A stretch of 37,821 nt of DNA from an uncultured Pseudomonadota bacterium (GCA_902784285.1 CACZUL010000002.1:1-37821), one strand, 5' to 3'; positions 15,950 through 24,905 are shown, counted from the first letter of the stretch. The notes: generated by a model from the letters alone, not told the origin. Made by a program: numbers and translations.

Positions 15950-17056
15950 ATGCTGAACAGAATATTTAATAATAACAGAACTAATACATGGCCGGCGTTC
16001 GTAGATTTGTTTTCAAACCTGGTTATCATATTGATATTCTTGTTGATTGTGTTTGTGTTCCTTTGGACCACGACCAGTGTGTTTAACAAAAGAACCGGTG
16101 TTCAAACTATTGCAGAGTTGAAACAGACCAATGCAGAACAGAGTGAAAAAATCCGCCAGATGCAAAATGATGAAAATGAGGCAAAACGTTTGTTGATTTT
16201 GGCACGCGCAAATTTGGAAAACGCACAGAGTAGTTTGGATGCCCAAGATTTATCCATGATTGACCTTGTTACTGCGTACGAGACCCAGGTTAATAAGTTG
16301 CAGGCCCAAGATGAAGAAACACAAAAGCAAATCATCGAACTGCGCGCCCAATTGACCGAGGCTTTGGTTGCCAAAGAACAATTGGCAGAATTGGAACAGC
16401 AACGGCGCGATTTGCAAAAACAAATGTCGGAACAGATGGCAAATAAGACCGCCGAATATCAAGAAGAATTGAAAAAATTAAATGATGCGCTGGCGGCCGC
16501 CGAAGAATCCGCGCGGGAACAAGAAGTTAAATATGTTGAAATGTCAACCCGGTTGAACAGGGCATTGGCGGACAAAGTTGCCGAATTGAACGAGATGAAA
16601 CAATATCAATCTGAATTCTATCGCTCAATTAAAACCGCGTTGGGCGATCGCACCACGGTCCAGGCTGATGGCGATCGGTTCATTGTTCCAAGTGATATTT
16701 TATTCTCGACCGGGTCATATAAGTTGTCGGCCGAAGGCAAGAACCAATTGCGCCTTATATCCAATGTTATCAAAGATTTTGAAAACAAGATTCCGTCTGA
16801 TATTAATTGGATTATACGCGTTGACGGTCATACCGATAAAGCCGCGGTTGTTCCGGGTAACAGAGCGTATCGCGATAACATGCAATTATCTTTATTGCGT
16901 GCAACGGCGGTGGCAAATGAACTGGTGGCGGCGGGCGTTTCACCACGGCGTTTGGTCCCCAGTGGTTTTGGCGATTTACATCCGACAGAACTGGGGTCAG
17001 ATAAAGAAAGCATGCAACGAAACCGCCGTATAGAATTGCAATTGACCAATAAATAA
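15950..17056 (+). CDS. MotB-like membrane anchor + long coiled coil + OmpA-type peptidoglycan-binding domain
   Basis: The N-terminal TM carries a conserved Asp (WPAFVDLFSNLVIILIF). About 180 aa are Q/E/K/L-rich coiled coil. The C-terminus has DILFSTGSYKLS...NMQLSLLRATAV...NRRIELQL, an OmpA/MotB C-domain. Confidence 0.8.
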   Translation: MLNRIFNNNRTNTWPAFVDLFSNLVIILIFLLIVFVFLWTTTSVFNKRTGVQTIAELKQTNAEQSEKIRQMQNDENEAKRLLILARANLENAQSSLDAQDLSMIDLVTAYETQVNKLQAQDEETQKQIIELRAQLTEALVAKEQLAELEQQRRDLQKQMSEQMANKTAEYQEELKKLNDALAAAEESAREQEVKYVEMSTRLNRALADKVAELNEMKQYQSEFYRSIKTALGDRTTVQADGDRFIVPSDILFSTGSYKLSAEGKNQLRLISNVIKDFENKIPSDINWIIRVDGHTDKAAVVPGNRAYRDNMQLSLLRATAVANELVAAGVSPRRLVPSGFGDLHPTELGSDKESMQRNRRIELQLTNK

Positions 17057-17086
17057 AAAAAGCGGGGCAAATACCCCGTTTTTTTA
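17055..17086. terminator. Bidirectional terminator
   Basis: Stem cgggg/ccccg with an A run before and T7 after. It sits between convergent genes. Confidence 0.7.
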
Positions 17087-17389
17087 ATATGCTAGGTGAC
17101 TTAACCCATACCACAGTAATAAGTCCCATATGATACACAACAATATTGCGGCACATCCCATTGTAATTTTATATTTTGGTGCGATAAATTTTGCCACAAA
17201 AAACATCGCGATAGCGGGCAATATTGTAAAATAAATAATCAAAGGCCACATTAATAATTCTGATGACAATAATTTCTCTATAGATACGCAAATAATTGGT
17301 ATAATCCACCACACCAAGAATACGGACGGTAAAAGCGCGACCCAACGAAGAATGTTTAACCATTTTTTATTTTCATCTGATTTTGTCAT
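17084..17389 (-). CDS. Hypothetical small multi-TM membrane protein
   Basis: 101 aa with 3-4 hydrophobic segments. Strong SD aaaggag 6 nt upstream. AT-rich, with no family recognised. Confidence 0.5.
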   Translation of the reverse strand: MTKSDENKKWLNILRWVALLPSVFLVWWIIPIICVSIEKLLSSELLMWPLIIYFTILPAIAMFFVAKFIAPKYKITMGCAAILLCIIWDLLLWYGLSHLAY

Positions 17390-17427
17390 GATATTCTCCT
17401 TTGTACGGATTATATCATAAAATGTGT

Positions 17428-17479
17428 CAAAAATAAAAACCGGTCAAAACCGGTTTTAATTTTTGGTGGCCCTGGTCGG
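17428..17479 (-). repeat. Duplicated copy of the tRNA-Leu 3' end (16 nt) plus its downstream terminator region
   Basis: 17454-17479 is identical over 26 nt to 17591-17616. The flanking caaaaataaaaa plus hairpin plus T run is also parallel to 17565-17590, but with a different stem sequence (ccgg vs cacc/ggtg). Confidence 0.8.
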
Positions 17480-17480
17480 T

Positions 17481-17502
17481 TCCGGCCTGCGCCGGAATGA
17501 CG
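17481..17502. repeat. Palindromic repeat module (reverse complement cgtcatTCCGGCgcagGCCGGA), same family as 1107-1131
   Basis: It differs from the 1107 copy by a compensatory pair (C to T with G to A) that preserves the hairpin. Confidence 0.7.
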
Positions 17503-17600
17503 ACAAATTGCGTTCGCAATTTATTTTTACTGCACTTCGTTTGTAAAAATCCGTCCGACACAGGCAAAAATAAAAAACACCAAAAGGTGTTTTTAATTTT

Positions 17601-17685
17601 TGGTGGCCCTGGTCGGACTTGAACCGACACTCCTTGCGGAACTTGATTTTGAGTCAAGCGCGTCTACCAATTCCACCACAGGGCC
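17601..17685 (-). tRNA. tRNA-Leu (anticodon CAA)
   Basis: The reverse complement folds as a cloverleaf. Acceptor GGCCCTG/CAGGGCC plus A-CCA, anticodon arm CTTGA-CTCAAAA-TCAAG, a long variable arm and T arm GTCGG-TTCAAGT-CCGAC. Confidence 0.9.
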
Positions 17686-17699
17686 ATGTCGCAAAGAAT

Positions 17700-18068
17700 T
17701 TATTTTGCTTTCTTTGCTTCAACTTTTTTTACCAAACGCGCACTGCGGTTTGCCTTGTGCGTTGGTTTTTTCGCCGGTTTTTCGGCCTTGCCATTTTTCT
17801 TTTCAATGGCTTTCTTTATTGCCGCCATTTCCGGTGTCAAACGTGATACAGGTTTCGCCGTAACATACGCATCTAAACCGCCATGCTTGGTCAAAGTGCG
17901 CAGACCAGCGGCCGAAAGGCGCAATGAAAAATCGCGACCCAAAATATCACTGTGAAACTTTAATACATGCAGATTCGGCAAGAATGTGCGCTTAGTATGG
18001 CGTTCCGAATGGGAAACATTCATACCGACTTCTGTTTTTTTACCTGTTACTTTACATACACGTGGCAT
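17700..18068 (-). CDS. rpmB: 50S ribosomal protein L28 with Lys-rich C-terminal tail
   Basis: MPRVCKVTGKKTEVGMNVSHSERHTKRTFLPNL matches the L28 N-terminus. A basic tail of ~30 aa follows (KKNGKAEKPAKKPTHKANR...KKVEAKKAK). Confidence 0.92.
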   Translation of the reverse strand: MPRVCKVTGKKTEVGMNVSHSERHTKRTFLPNLHVLKFHSDILGRDFSLRLSAAGLRTLTKHGGLDAYVTAKPVSRLTPEMAAIKKAIEKKNGKAEKPAKKPTHKANRSARLVKKVEAKKAK

Positions 18069-18178
18069 ATCATATCCTTTAATTACTGCGGCATAATCTA
18101 TAACAAAAATCCCAAAAAGTCAAGTAATGTTTTACTTTTTTCATATATTTGTTTTGGGGCGGGTTTTGTTCCCATGTC

Positions 18179-18208
18179 CTTGAATAATAAAAAAGCGCAC
18201 TATATATA
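18179..18208 (+). promoter_or_regulatory. Candidate heat-shock (sigma32-like) or sigma70 promoter of clpB
   Basis: cCTTGAA, a 13-nt spacer, then CACTATAT (compare CCCTTGAA-N13/14-CCCCATNT). It can also be read as TTGAAT-N17-TATATA. Confidence 0.3.
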
Positions 18209-18234
18209 TGCTTGATAAAAAAAGAGGTGTCTTT

Positions 18235-20292
18235 ATGAATCCAGAAGAAATGCAAGAAACACCGGCCAAGGCCATTGAAAAATATACTACCGATTTTACA
18301 AAATTGGCGGCCGATGGAAAATTAGACCCAGTCATTGGACGCGATGAAGAAATTCGTCGTGCTATCCAGGTTTTGTCCCGCCGTACCAAAAATAATCCGG
18401 TTCTTATTGGTAACCCCGGTGTGGGTAAAACTGCCATTGTCGAAGGTTTGGCGGAACGCATCGTTTCGCGCGATATTCCAGAAAATTTGCAAAATAAAAA
18501 ATTGCTGTCTTTGGATATGGGCGCGTTGATGGCGGGCGCAATGTTCCGCGGTCAATTCGAAGACCGGTTCAAAGCGATATTAAAGGCCGTAAAAGACGCA
18601 AATGGCGAAATCATTTTATTTATCGATGAATTACATACCTTGGTTGGTGCCGGCAAAGGCGAGGGCAGTATGGATGCCGGTAATCTTATTAAACCTATGT
18701 TGGCGCGTGGCGAATTGCACTGTTTGGGCGCAACAACATTGGATGAATATCGTCAGTATATTGAAAAAGACCCGGCGTTGGCGCGGCGTTTTCAACCAGT
18801 ATATGTCGATGAACCGACCGTTGATGATACAATTTCCATCCTGCGTGGGTTAAAGGAAAAGTACGAAGGGCATCATGGTGTTCGTATTTCAGATTCTGCG
18901 TTGGTGGCGGCGGTACGTTTGTCTAACCGTTATATAACAGACCGTTTCTTACCTGATAAAGCAATCGATTTGGTCGATGAAGCCGCGGCACGTGTTCGTA
19001 TCGAAGTCGCGTCTAAACCAGAAGCACTGGACGAAGTTGACCGCCATTTAATGCAATTGAAAATTGAACAACAGGCATTGAAAAAAGAAAAAGACGAAGA
19101 TTCCAAGAAACGTCTTGTCGATTTGGAAAAATTGATTAATGAAACTCAAGAAAAATCCGACAAATTGACCGCCGATTGGCGCGCAGAACAAGAAAAAATG
19201 CGCGGCCTTTCCGATGCGATGGCGGCATTAGATGCGGCCAAGGCCGAAGTCGCCAGTGCTATGCGTGCCGGCGATTATGAAAAAGCGTCTGCATTGCAAT
19301 ATGGTAAAATTCCGGCGTTGGAAGAAAAAATTAAAAAGATGAATTCCGAATCACGCGAATATAAAACAGTGTTGCCAGAACATATCGCGGCGGTGGTCAG
19401 TAAATGGACCGGTGTTCCGGCCGATAAATTAAATGCTGCGGAACAATCAAAATTGCTGAATATCGAAGATGAATTGCGCAAACGTGTTGTAGGTCAAGAT
19501 GCGGCGTTGGCGGTTGTCGCGCGCGCAATACGCCGTTCGCGTGCGGGGTTGTCTGATCCGCGCCGTCCATCGGGCAGTTTTATGTTCTTGGGACCCACCG
19601 GTGTCGGAAAAACTGAGGTTGCCAAAGCCTTGGCGGAATACTTGTTTAATGATGATACCGCAATGACCCGTATTGATATGAGTGAATATATGGAACCACA
19701 TTCGGTTGCGCGTTTAATTGGTGCGCCTCCGGGGTATGTTGGATATGATGCAGGTGGCGTTTTGACCGAATCGGTGCGTCGCCGTCCGTACCAGGTATTA
19801 TTGTTTGATGAAATTGAGAAAGCACATCCAGATGTATTCAATGTCTTTTTACAGATATTGGATGATGGCAGACTTACCGATGGCCAAGGGCATGTTGTGA
19901 ACTTTACGAACACAATTATAATCATGACCAGTAATTTGCCAGATATGGCCGCAGTTAAAAAACAATTCCGTCCGGAATTTATAAACCGTATCGATGAAAT
20001 TGTTTTCTTTAATCAATTAGGCAAAGATGTTATGGCCGGTATCGTAGAAATTCAATTGCGGAATTTGCGTGGCCGTTTGGCCGCACGGCGCATAGAATTA
20101 AATGTTACCGACAAGGCGATAACATGGTTGGGTGAACACGGATTTGACCCAGTGTTTGGTGCGCGCCCGTTAAAGCGACTTATTACATCGGCGGTGGAAG
20201 ATAAAATTGCGGATTTGATTTTGTCTGATACCGTTGGGGAAGGTTCGACCGTATATGTCGATGTCCAAGGTAAGAATTTGGTTGTGAAATAA
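18235..20292 (+). CDS. clpB: ClpB disaggregase lacking the N-terminal domain (685 aa)
   Basis: There are two AAA+ modules ([15 protein letters not shown] and [15 protein letters not shown]) and a coiled-coil middle domain. It begins at the equivalent of E. coli residue ~150 ([27 protein letters not shown]). SD agaggtg precedes the ATG at 18235, and an in-frame TGA lies at 18181. Confidence 0.93.
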   Translation: MNPEEMQETPAKAIEKYTTDFTKLAADGKLDPVIGRDEEIRRAIQVLSRRTKNNPVLIGNPGVGKTAIVEGLAERIVSRDIPENLQNKKLLSLDMGALMAGAMFRGQFEDRFKAILKAVKDANGEIILFIDELHTLVGAGKGEGSMDAGNLIKPMLARGELHCLGATTLDEYRQYIEKDPALARRFQPVYVDEPTVDDTISILRGLKEKYEGHHGVRISDSALVAAVRLSNRYITDRFLPDKAIDLVDEAAARVRIEVASKPEALDEVDRHLMQLKIEQQALKKEKDEDSKKRLVDLEKLINETQEKSDKLTADWRAEQEKMRGLSDAMAALDAAKAEVASAMRAGDYEKASALQYGKIPALEEKIKKMNSESREYKTVLPEHIAAVVSKWTGVPADKLNAAEQSKLLNIEDELRKRVVGQDAALAVVARAIRRSRAGLSDPRRPSGSFMFLGPTGVGKTEVAKALAEYLFNDDTAMTRIDMSEYMEPHSVARLIGAPPGYVGYDAGGVLTESVRRRPYQVLLFDEIEKAHPDVFNVFLQILDDGRLTDGQGHVVNFTNTIIIMTSNLPDMAAVKKQFRPEFINRIDEIVFFNQLGKDVMAGIVEIQLRNLRGRLAARRIELNVTDKAITWLGEHGFDPVFGARPLKRLITSAVEDKIADLILSDTVGEGSTVYVDVQGKNLVVK

Positions 20293-20307
20293 TCAAAAAA
20301 ACAAGCG

Positions 20308-20338
20308 AAAAACTCCCGGCCTTGGTCGGGAGTTTTTT
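20308..20338 (+). terminator. Rho-independent terminator after clpB
   Basis: Stem aactcccg/cgggagtt followed by T6. Confidence 0.8.
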
Positions 20339-20354
20339 ATATTTATGAATACTT

Positions 20355-21116
20355 TTATCTTAGCCGCGGATCTCGTATCGGCATATTTCTAAAAGTGCCT
20401 GGATTATCGTATTGTTGTTTGTGTTCGAATTGGACGGTGCCGGGCTGCCACTGTAACGAAGCGTCTTGGAATAAAGTTTTTTGATGCGCCTTTATGGCAT
20501 CTTCCAATTGTGATACAATACTCATTGTTTGGTCCGAAAATTTTTCAATTGGGCAACGTAAAAGTGTAATCTGGATGCCATTTTCTTTAATTTCTTTGCT
20601 CTCAACTGGAATATCAAACTGGCTTAATAATTTTTGTGCTTCTCTGATTTCAGATTTACTTTGGGGGACATAGAAACAGATATATTTCTTTTCGGTGCCA
20701 TCGGTCTTGTTTGTAAAGATTCCCCGTTCAATTTTAAGTATTTTACCTTTTAACTGTTCAAGTTTATTTTTTTGCGCGCGCTGAATAATACGCAAATCCA
20801 GATTATTTAAATTGCGCAATCTTTCGTAATCCGCCGTCATTTCCCACGCGGTTGTATCCAGTGTCGGATTTTGACCCAATTCAAAAATAATCTCGGTTAC
20901 AGATGTGTTACGGGTCATGGCATAGCCGCCGGGTTGGGTCATGTATTTAACTTTTTCAAAATCAGGCATTGAAAAAAATGCTTTAAGTATCTCGTAATCT
21001 TCTTCGCTGCGTGGTGTGATTGTACATTTGGCTGAACCAGCCACATGGTTATTAACAAAAACGCCTTCGCAGTGTCTGCGGAAAAAGTCGGCAATCATAG
21101 GATATGTATATTCCAT
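20355..21116 (-). CDS. Hypothetical protein (253 aa), no recognisable family
   Basis: Long ORF with a strong SD (aggaga) 6 nt upstream of the ATG. No TM segment, signal peptide or catalytic motif that I can name. Confidence 0.55.
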   Translation of the reverse strand: MEYTYPMIADFFRRHCEGVFVNNHVAGSAKCTITPRSEEDYEILKAFFSMPDFEKVKYMTQPGGYAMTRNTSVTEIIFELGQNPTLDTTAWEMTADYERLRNLNNLDLRIIQRAQKNKLEQLKGKILKIERGIFTNKTDGTEKKYICFYVPQSKSEIREAQKLLSQFDIPVESKEIKENGIQITLLRCPIEKFSDQTMSIVSQLEDAIKAHQKTLFQDASLQWQPGTVQFEHKQQYDNPGTFRNMPIRDPRLR

Positions 21117-21180
21117 AATTTTCTCCTGTTATCGTTTCGGTGCATTATATCATATTTTACGGGGGCTATCAAGTTCGGCA

Positions 21181-21209
21181 CTTGAAATTGACATTTTTCT
21201 TATTATATT
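21181..21209 (+). promoter_or_regulatory. Candidate promoter of groESL (CTTGAA -35; TTGAAA, 16-nt spacer, TATATT)
   Basis: Read directly. The -35 shares CTTGAA with the clpB upstream region. The sigma factor assignment is ambiguous. Confidence 0.3.
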
Positions 21210-21249
21210 TCCATCAACAGCATAGTATATGTATATAAAAGGAGTTATT

Positions 21250-21537
21250 ATGTTTAAACCATTGAATAACTATGTCTTAATCCAAAGAATTGAAGAAGAA
21301 AACAAAACCGCCGGCGGAATCATTATTCCAGACACCGCCAAAGAAAAACCAAGTCGTGGTCGCGTCATTGCGGTCGGCGATGGTGCGTTTGAACACGGCG
21401 CACACGTTCCTATGACGGTCAAGGTCGGAAATATTGTATTGTTCGCAAAATGGGCGGCATCCGCAAACGAAGTTAAAATTGATGGGGCGGATTATGTTCT
21501 TATCAAAGAATCTGATATTTTAGGCATTATTGAATAA
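21250..21537 (+). CDS. groES: Co-chaperonin GroES
   Basis: [43 protein letters not shown] matches GroES. SD aaaagga precedes the ATG at 21250. Confidence 0.95.
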   Translation: MFKPLNNYVLIQRIEEENKTAGGIIIPDTAKEKPSRGRVIAVGDGAFEHGAHVPMTVKVGNIVLFAKWAASANEVKIDGADYVLIKESDILGIIE

Positions 21538-21550
21538 AGAGGTATGAATT

Positions 21551-23170
21551 ATGGCAAAAGAAATTATTTTTGATACAGATAAATTGGCGGCCGGTGTTGA
21601 TAAATTGGCCAATGCGGTAAAAATTACTATGGGACCCAAGGGCCGCACGGTTGTTATAGATAAATCTTATGGCGCACCGGTTGCGACCAAAGATGGTGTT
21701 ACGGTTGCCAAGGCGGTATCACTGAAAGACCCAACCGAAAACATCGGTGCGCGTATGATTCAAGAAGTTGCAAAAAAAGCCGGTGATGATGCAGGCGATG
21801 GAACAACAACCGCCACTGTGTTGGCACAAAAAATTTTCCGTGAAGGTCGTCGTGTTATTGCCGCAGGTATGAATCCTATGGACATTAAACGTGGAATTGA
21901 CATTGCTTCGGCCGCTGTTGTTGCCGATATTGAATCGCATGCACGCCCAGTTAAAAATAGTTCCGAAATTGCCCAGGTGGCGACTATTTCTGCCAACGGG
22001 GATTCTGATATTGGTAAAAAGATTGCCGATGCAATGGAAAAGGTCGGCAAAGAAGGTGTTATTACTGTTGAAGAAGCCAAAGGTTTGGAAACAGAAATTG
22101 ATGTTGTCGAGGGTATGCAATTTGACCAAGGCTTCATGTCGCCTTATTTCGTAAGCAACAGCGAAAAAATGTTGGCGGAATTGGATAATGCGGCGGTCTT
22201 GGTTTCCGAAAAGAAAATCACAGGACTGCAGGCATTGTTGCCAATATTGGAACCAATCGCACAACAGGCGCGTCCTTTGTTGATTATTGCCGAAGATGTC
22301 GAATCTGAAGCATTGGCAACATTGGTTCTGAACCGGTTGCGTGGCGGATTAAAGGTGTGCGCGGTCAAAGCCCCAGGATTCGGCGACCGTCGCAAGGCAA
22401 TGTTACAAGATATCGCAATCGTAACCGGCGCAACCGTTATTTCCGATGATATGGGGATGACTTTTGATAATATTACGCCGGCGGTTTTGGGTTCGGCAAA
22501 GCGCATCGTTGTTGATAAATCGTCAACACTTATTGTTGGCGGTGCCGGCGATAAAGGAGCAATTTCTGCCCGCGCAGATGAAATTCGTAAACAAATCAAA
22601 GAAAGCACCAGCGATTATGACCGTGAAAAATTGGCGGAACGTTTGGCTAAATTGGTCGGCGGTGTCGCAGTTATTCATGTTGGCGGTATGACCGAGGTCG
22701 AAGTTAAAGAAAAGAAAGACCGGGTTGATGATGCACTGGCGGCAACGCGTGCCGCGGTTGCAGACGGCATTGTGGCCGGTGGTGGTGTCGCGCTGATTCG
22801 TGCGGTGTCGTCATTGGAAAAAATCAAAGGTGCAAATACAGACCAAAATGTCGGTATCGACATTGTGCGTCGCGCAATTGTCGCGCCGTGTGCGCAAATT
22901 GCCGAAAACGCCGGAACATCGGGCGAAATTGTCGTTGGCAAAGTCTCGGAATCCAAAGATTATAATTTTGGATATAATGCCCAAACAGGCGAATATGTCG
23001 ATATGATGAAGGCCGGAATTATTGACCCAGCCAAGGTTGTTAAAACCGCTATTATGGCGGCGGCATCGACTGCGGGCGTGTTGTTAACAACCGGTGCGGT
23101 GATGTCGGAAATTCCCGAAGAAAAATCATCGACTCCGCAAATGCCGGGCGGTATGCCGGGAATGATGTAA
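21551..23170 (+). CDS. groEL: Chaperonin GroEL
   Basis: Full-length match ([27 protein letters not shown]), with the C-terminus ending GGMPGMM. Confidence 0.97.
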   Translation: MAKEIIFDTDKLAAGVDKLANAVKITMGPKGRTVVIDKSYGAPVATKDGVTVAKAVSLKDPTENIGARMIQEVAKKAGDDAGDGTTTATVLAQKIFREGRRVIAAGMNPMDIKRGIDIASAAVVADIESHARPVKNSSEIAQVATISANGDSDIGKKIADAMEKVGKEGVITVEEAKGLETEIDVVEGMQFDQGFMSPYFVSNSEKMLAELDNAAVLVSEKKITGLQALLPILEPIAQQARPLLIIAEDVESEALATLVLNRLRGGLKVCAVKAPGFGDRRKAMLQDIAIVTGATVISDDMGMTFDNITPAVLGSAKRIVVDKSSTLIVGGAGDKGAISARADEIRKQIKESTSDYDREKLAERLAKLVGGVAVIHVGGMTEVEVKEKKDRVDDALAATRAAVADGIVAGGGVALIRAVSSLEKIKGANTDQNVGIDIVRRAIVAPCAQIAENAGTSGEIVVGKVSESKDYNFGYNAQTGEYVDMMKAGIIDPAKVVKTAIMAAASTAGVLLTTGAVMSEIPEEKSSTPQMPGGMPGMM

Positions 23171-23177
23171 AAATCAC

Positions 23178-23204
23178 AAAAACGCCCCAAACGGGGCGTT
23201 TTTA
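23178..23204. terminator. Bidirectional terminator after groEL
   Basis: Stem acgcccc/ggggcgt with flanking A and T runs. It overlaps the stop of the convergent gene. Confidence 0.8.
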
Positions 23205-23930
23205 ATTAAAATCTATGTCTAAATTTTCAAAATCGGTATGACCGGCGGCGGGGATTTCGCGAATCTGGTCGATGGGCAAGAATCTGCGGGATAATTCTGG
23301 CGGAACAACCCGGTCGCGTGCGCCAATATAATGAACCGCCGAAACGCGTGGCAATTTTTCTAAATCCAGCGAGTGGGTCAGGGGGCTGTCGCCAAAATAT
23401 TCTGTCCACGCGGTGTGATTTGGAACACCTGCGATGGTTACCCATTTTTTGACCGCAATTTCTGGATGGCGATTTATGATAAGCCCCGATACCAGTCCAC
23501 CACCAGAATAACCAATCAAAATAACCGGTTGTTTTCCGGCAATACTTTTGATAGCGGTTGCCATAGAATCCACAACACTGGCCGAAAATCTTCCATCGGT
23601 CCAATCAATCGTGTCGCAGGCGGGCGACATTATAAACTGGCATGGGCGCGCCATATAGACAACATTTGCCGCCGAATCCCGCATCGCCAAATCCCGAACC
23701 AGTGTTCCGCGTGGTGTCGGGTCGGATGTTGGGGCACCGTGGGCATTAAATGCATGACCATCGCCTTCGATATAAATATGTATTATGTTGTTTCTACTGG
23801 TTATTTTTTGAAATGTGGCAATTTTGTAATCGTTCGCTTGGATGTCTTGCCGGGTGAAATTATCTGGGGGTGTCCACGCGCCCGCGCATCCTGCCAATAA
23901 TAAAAGAATAAACAAGAACTTCATAAACAT
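23202..23930 (-). CDS. Alpha/beta-hydrolase-fold lipoprotein
   Basis: Lipobox LLLLAGC, nucleophile elbow GYSGGG and a C-terminal AAGHTDF. The start is uncertain (ATGs at 23930 and 23924; the ORF track begins at 23978). Confidence 0.6.
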   Translation of the reverse strand: MFMKFLFILLLLAGCAGAWTPPDNFTRQDIQANDYKIATFQKITSRNNIIHIYIEGDGHAFNAHGAPTSDPTPRGTLVRDLAMRDSAANVVYMARPCQFIMSPACDTIDWTDGRFSASVVDSMATAIKSIAGKQPVILIGYSGGGLVSGLIINRHPEIAVKKWVTIAGVPNHTAWTEYFGDSPLTHSLDLEKLPRVSAVHYIGARDRVVPPELSRRFLPIDQIREIPAAGHTDFENLDIDFN

Positions 23931-24026
23931 ATCATACACTAAATTTAAAATTAAAAAAATCATAAAAATATTTGACAAAAGTTTTTTTTAGACTATATTT
24001 AGGGTAAACAAACAAAAAGGTGAGAT

Positions 24027-24851
24027 ATGTTTGATAAATTAAAAATGAAATTTGCAGCACGTCGTATGCAACGTGAAAATGATTACGCAATGATTCAAAA
24101 GAATGTAATTGCGCGTGAACATCCGTTGATGACAATTATTTCGTGGCCTTTCCGTGTAATTGGTCGCGTGTTTCGTTGGATTGCCGATTTTGTAACGGCG
24201 ATTTTGTCTTGGATTTGGGATTTATTGGTTTGGTTATTGCGCACAATTTGGGCATGGATTTGTGGAATCAACCTTGTTGGTTTGATAAATCTTGCGCTTT
24301 TGATTGCTATTATTGTTTTGTGTTCTTTGTTGATTATAAGTCTTATGAACAACAGAAAATCTATATTCTTTAATAACGCAACCGCAACGGATGTGAATAA
24401 AGTTACAGTTGAAGCAGTCCAAAAAACTGAAGAATCTGATGCGGAAAAACTGGCATCTGAAAATAAAAATATTCCATTGCCAATTCGTCGTGATGCACGT
24501 GGTGATATGCAAAAGCCGATAAATGTTGTCTCGACAAAACCATGTAATAATCCGACATTACGTCCCCAGGGTGATGGGCGCATCTATGGCGATGTAATTA
24601 TTGAATCACGTGGCGAAAGAATTATGTTAAGAAACGGTGCTCGTATTCGTGGAAACTTGTATCTGCAACGCATGCGTAAATATGTTTTGCCTTGTAATGT
24701 CGTTGTCGAAGGCGATGTGTTTTTACGTGATGTAAATTTGTTGCAATTCTGTGGGCCTTTTACAATCACAGGAAATATTTATGTAAGTCCGCGTTCTTCG
24801 TTTGGTCCGATTCCATATAATTCTAAATTGGGCGGCCAGATAATTTTGTAA
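24027..24851 (+). CDS. Hypothetical membrane protein with C-terminal ~20-25-residue repeat (beta-helix-like)
   Basis: The N-terminal half is Trp-rich TM segments. The C-terminus repeats G-[DNQ]-[VLI]-x-[ILV]: YGDVII, RGNLYL, EGDVFL, TGNIYV, GGQIIL. SD aaggtga upstream. Confidence 0.55.
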   Translation: MFDKLKMKFAARRMQRENDYAMIQKNVIAREHPLMTIISWPFRVIGRVFRWIADFVTAILSWIWDLLVWLLRTIWAWICGINLVGLINLALLIAIIVLCSLLIISLMNNRKSIFFNNATATDVNKVTVEAVQKTEESDAEKLASENKNIPLPIRRDARGDMQKPINVVSTKPCNNPTLRPQGDGRIYGDVIIESRGERIMLRNGARIRGNLYLQRMRKYVLPCNVVVEGDVFLRDVNLLQFCGPFTITGNIYVSPRSSFGPIPYNSKLGGQIIL

Positions 24852-24872
24852 TTCATAAAAATGAATAAACTA

Positions 24873-24905
24873 AAAATCGCCACAATCGTGGCGATTTGTT
24901 TTTAC
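24873..24905 (+). terminator. Rho-independent terminator
   Basis: Stem atcgccac/gtggcgat followed by ttgttttt. Confidence 0.7.

Noticed and set aside
15107-17056. Zorya-type antiphage system (ZorAB)
   Set aside because: The MotA-like protein is short (~255 aa) and lacks the long cytoplasmic tail of ZorA. No ZorC/D/E-type nuclease or helicase genes follow. The coiled coil is on the MotB-like partner instead.
17427-17657. 76-aa ORF containing VVIPAQAGT
   Set aside because: It runs across the tRNA-Leu gene, the duplicated tRNA 3' end and the palindromic repeat. The peptide is just the translation of the repeat hairpin.
21117-21249. CIRCE/HrcA operator upstream of groES
   Set aside because: No TTAGCACTC-N9-GAGTGCTAA-like inverted repeat is present in the spacer.
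21719-22608. Minus-strand ORFs of 181 and 154 aa inside groEL
   Set aside because: They are antisense to an unambiguous groEL. The translations are repetitive, with no start context. This is a typical shadow-frame artefact.
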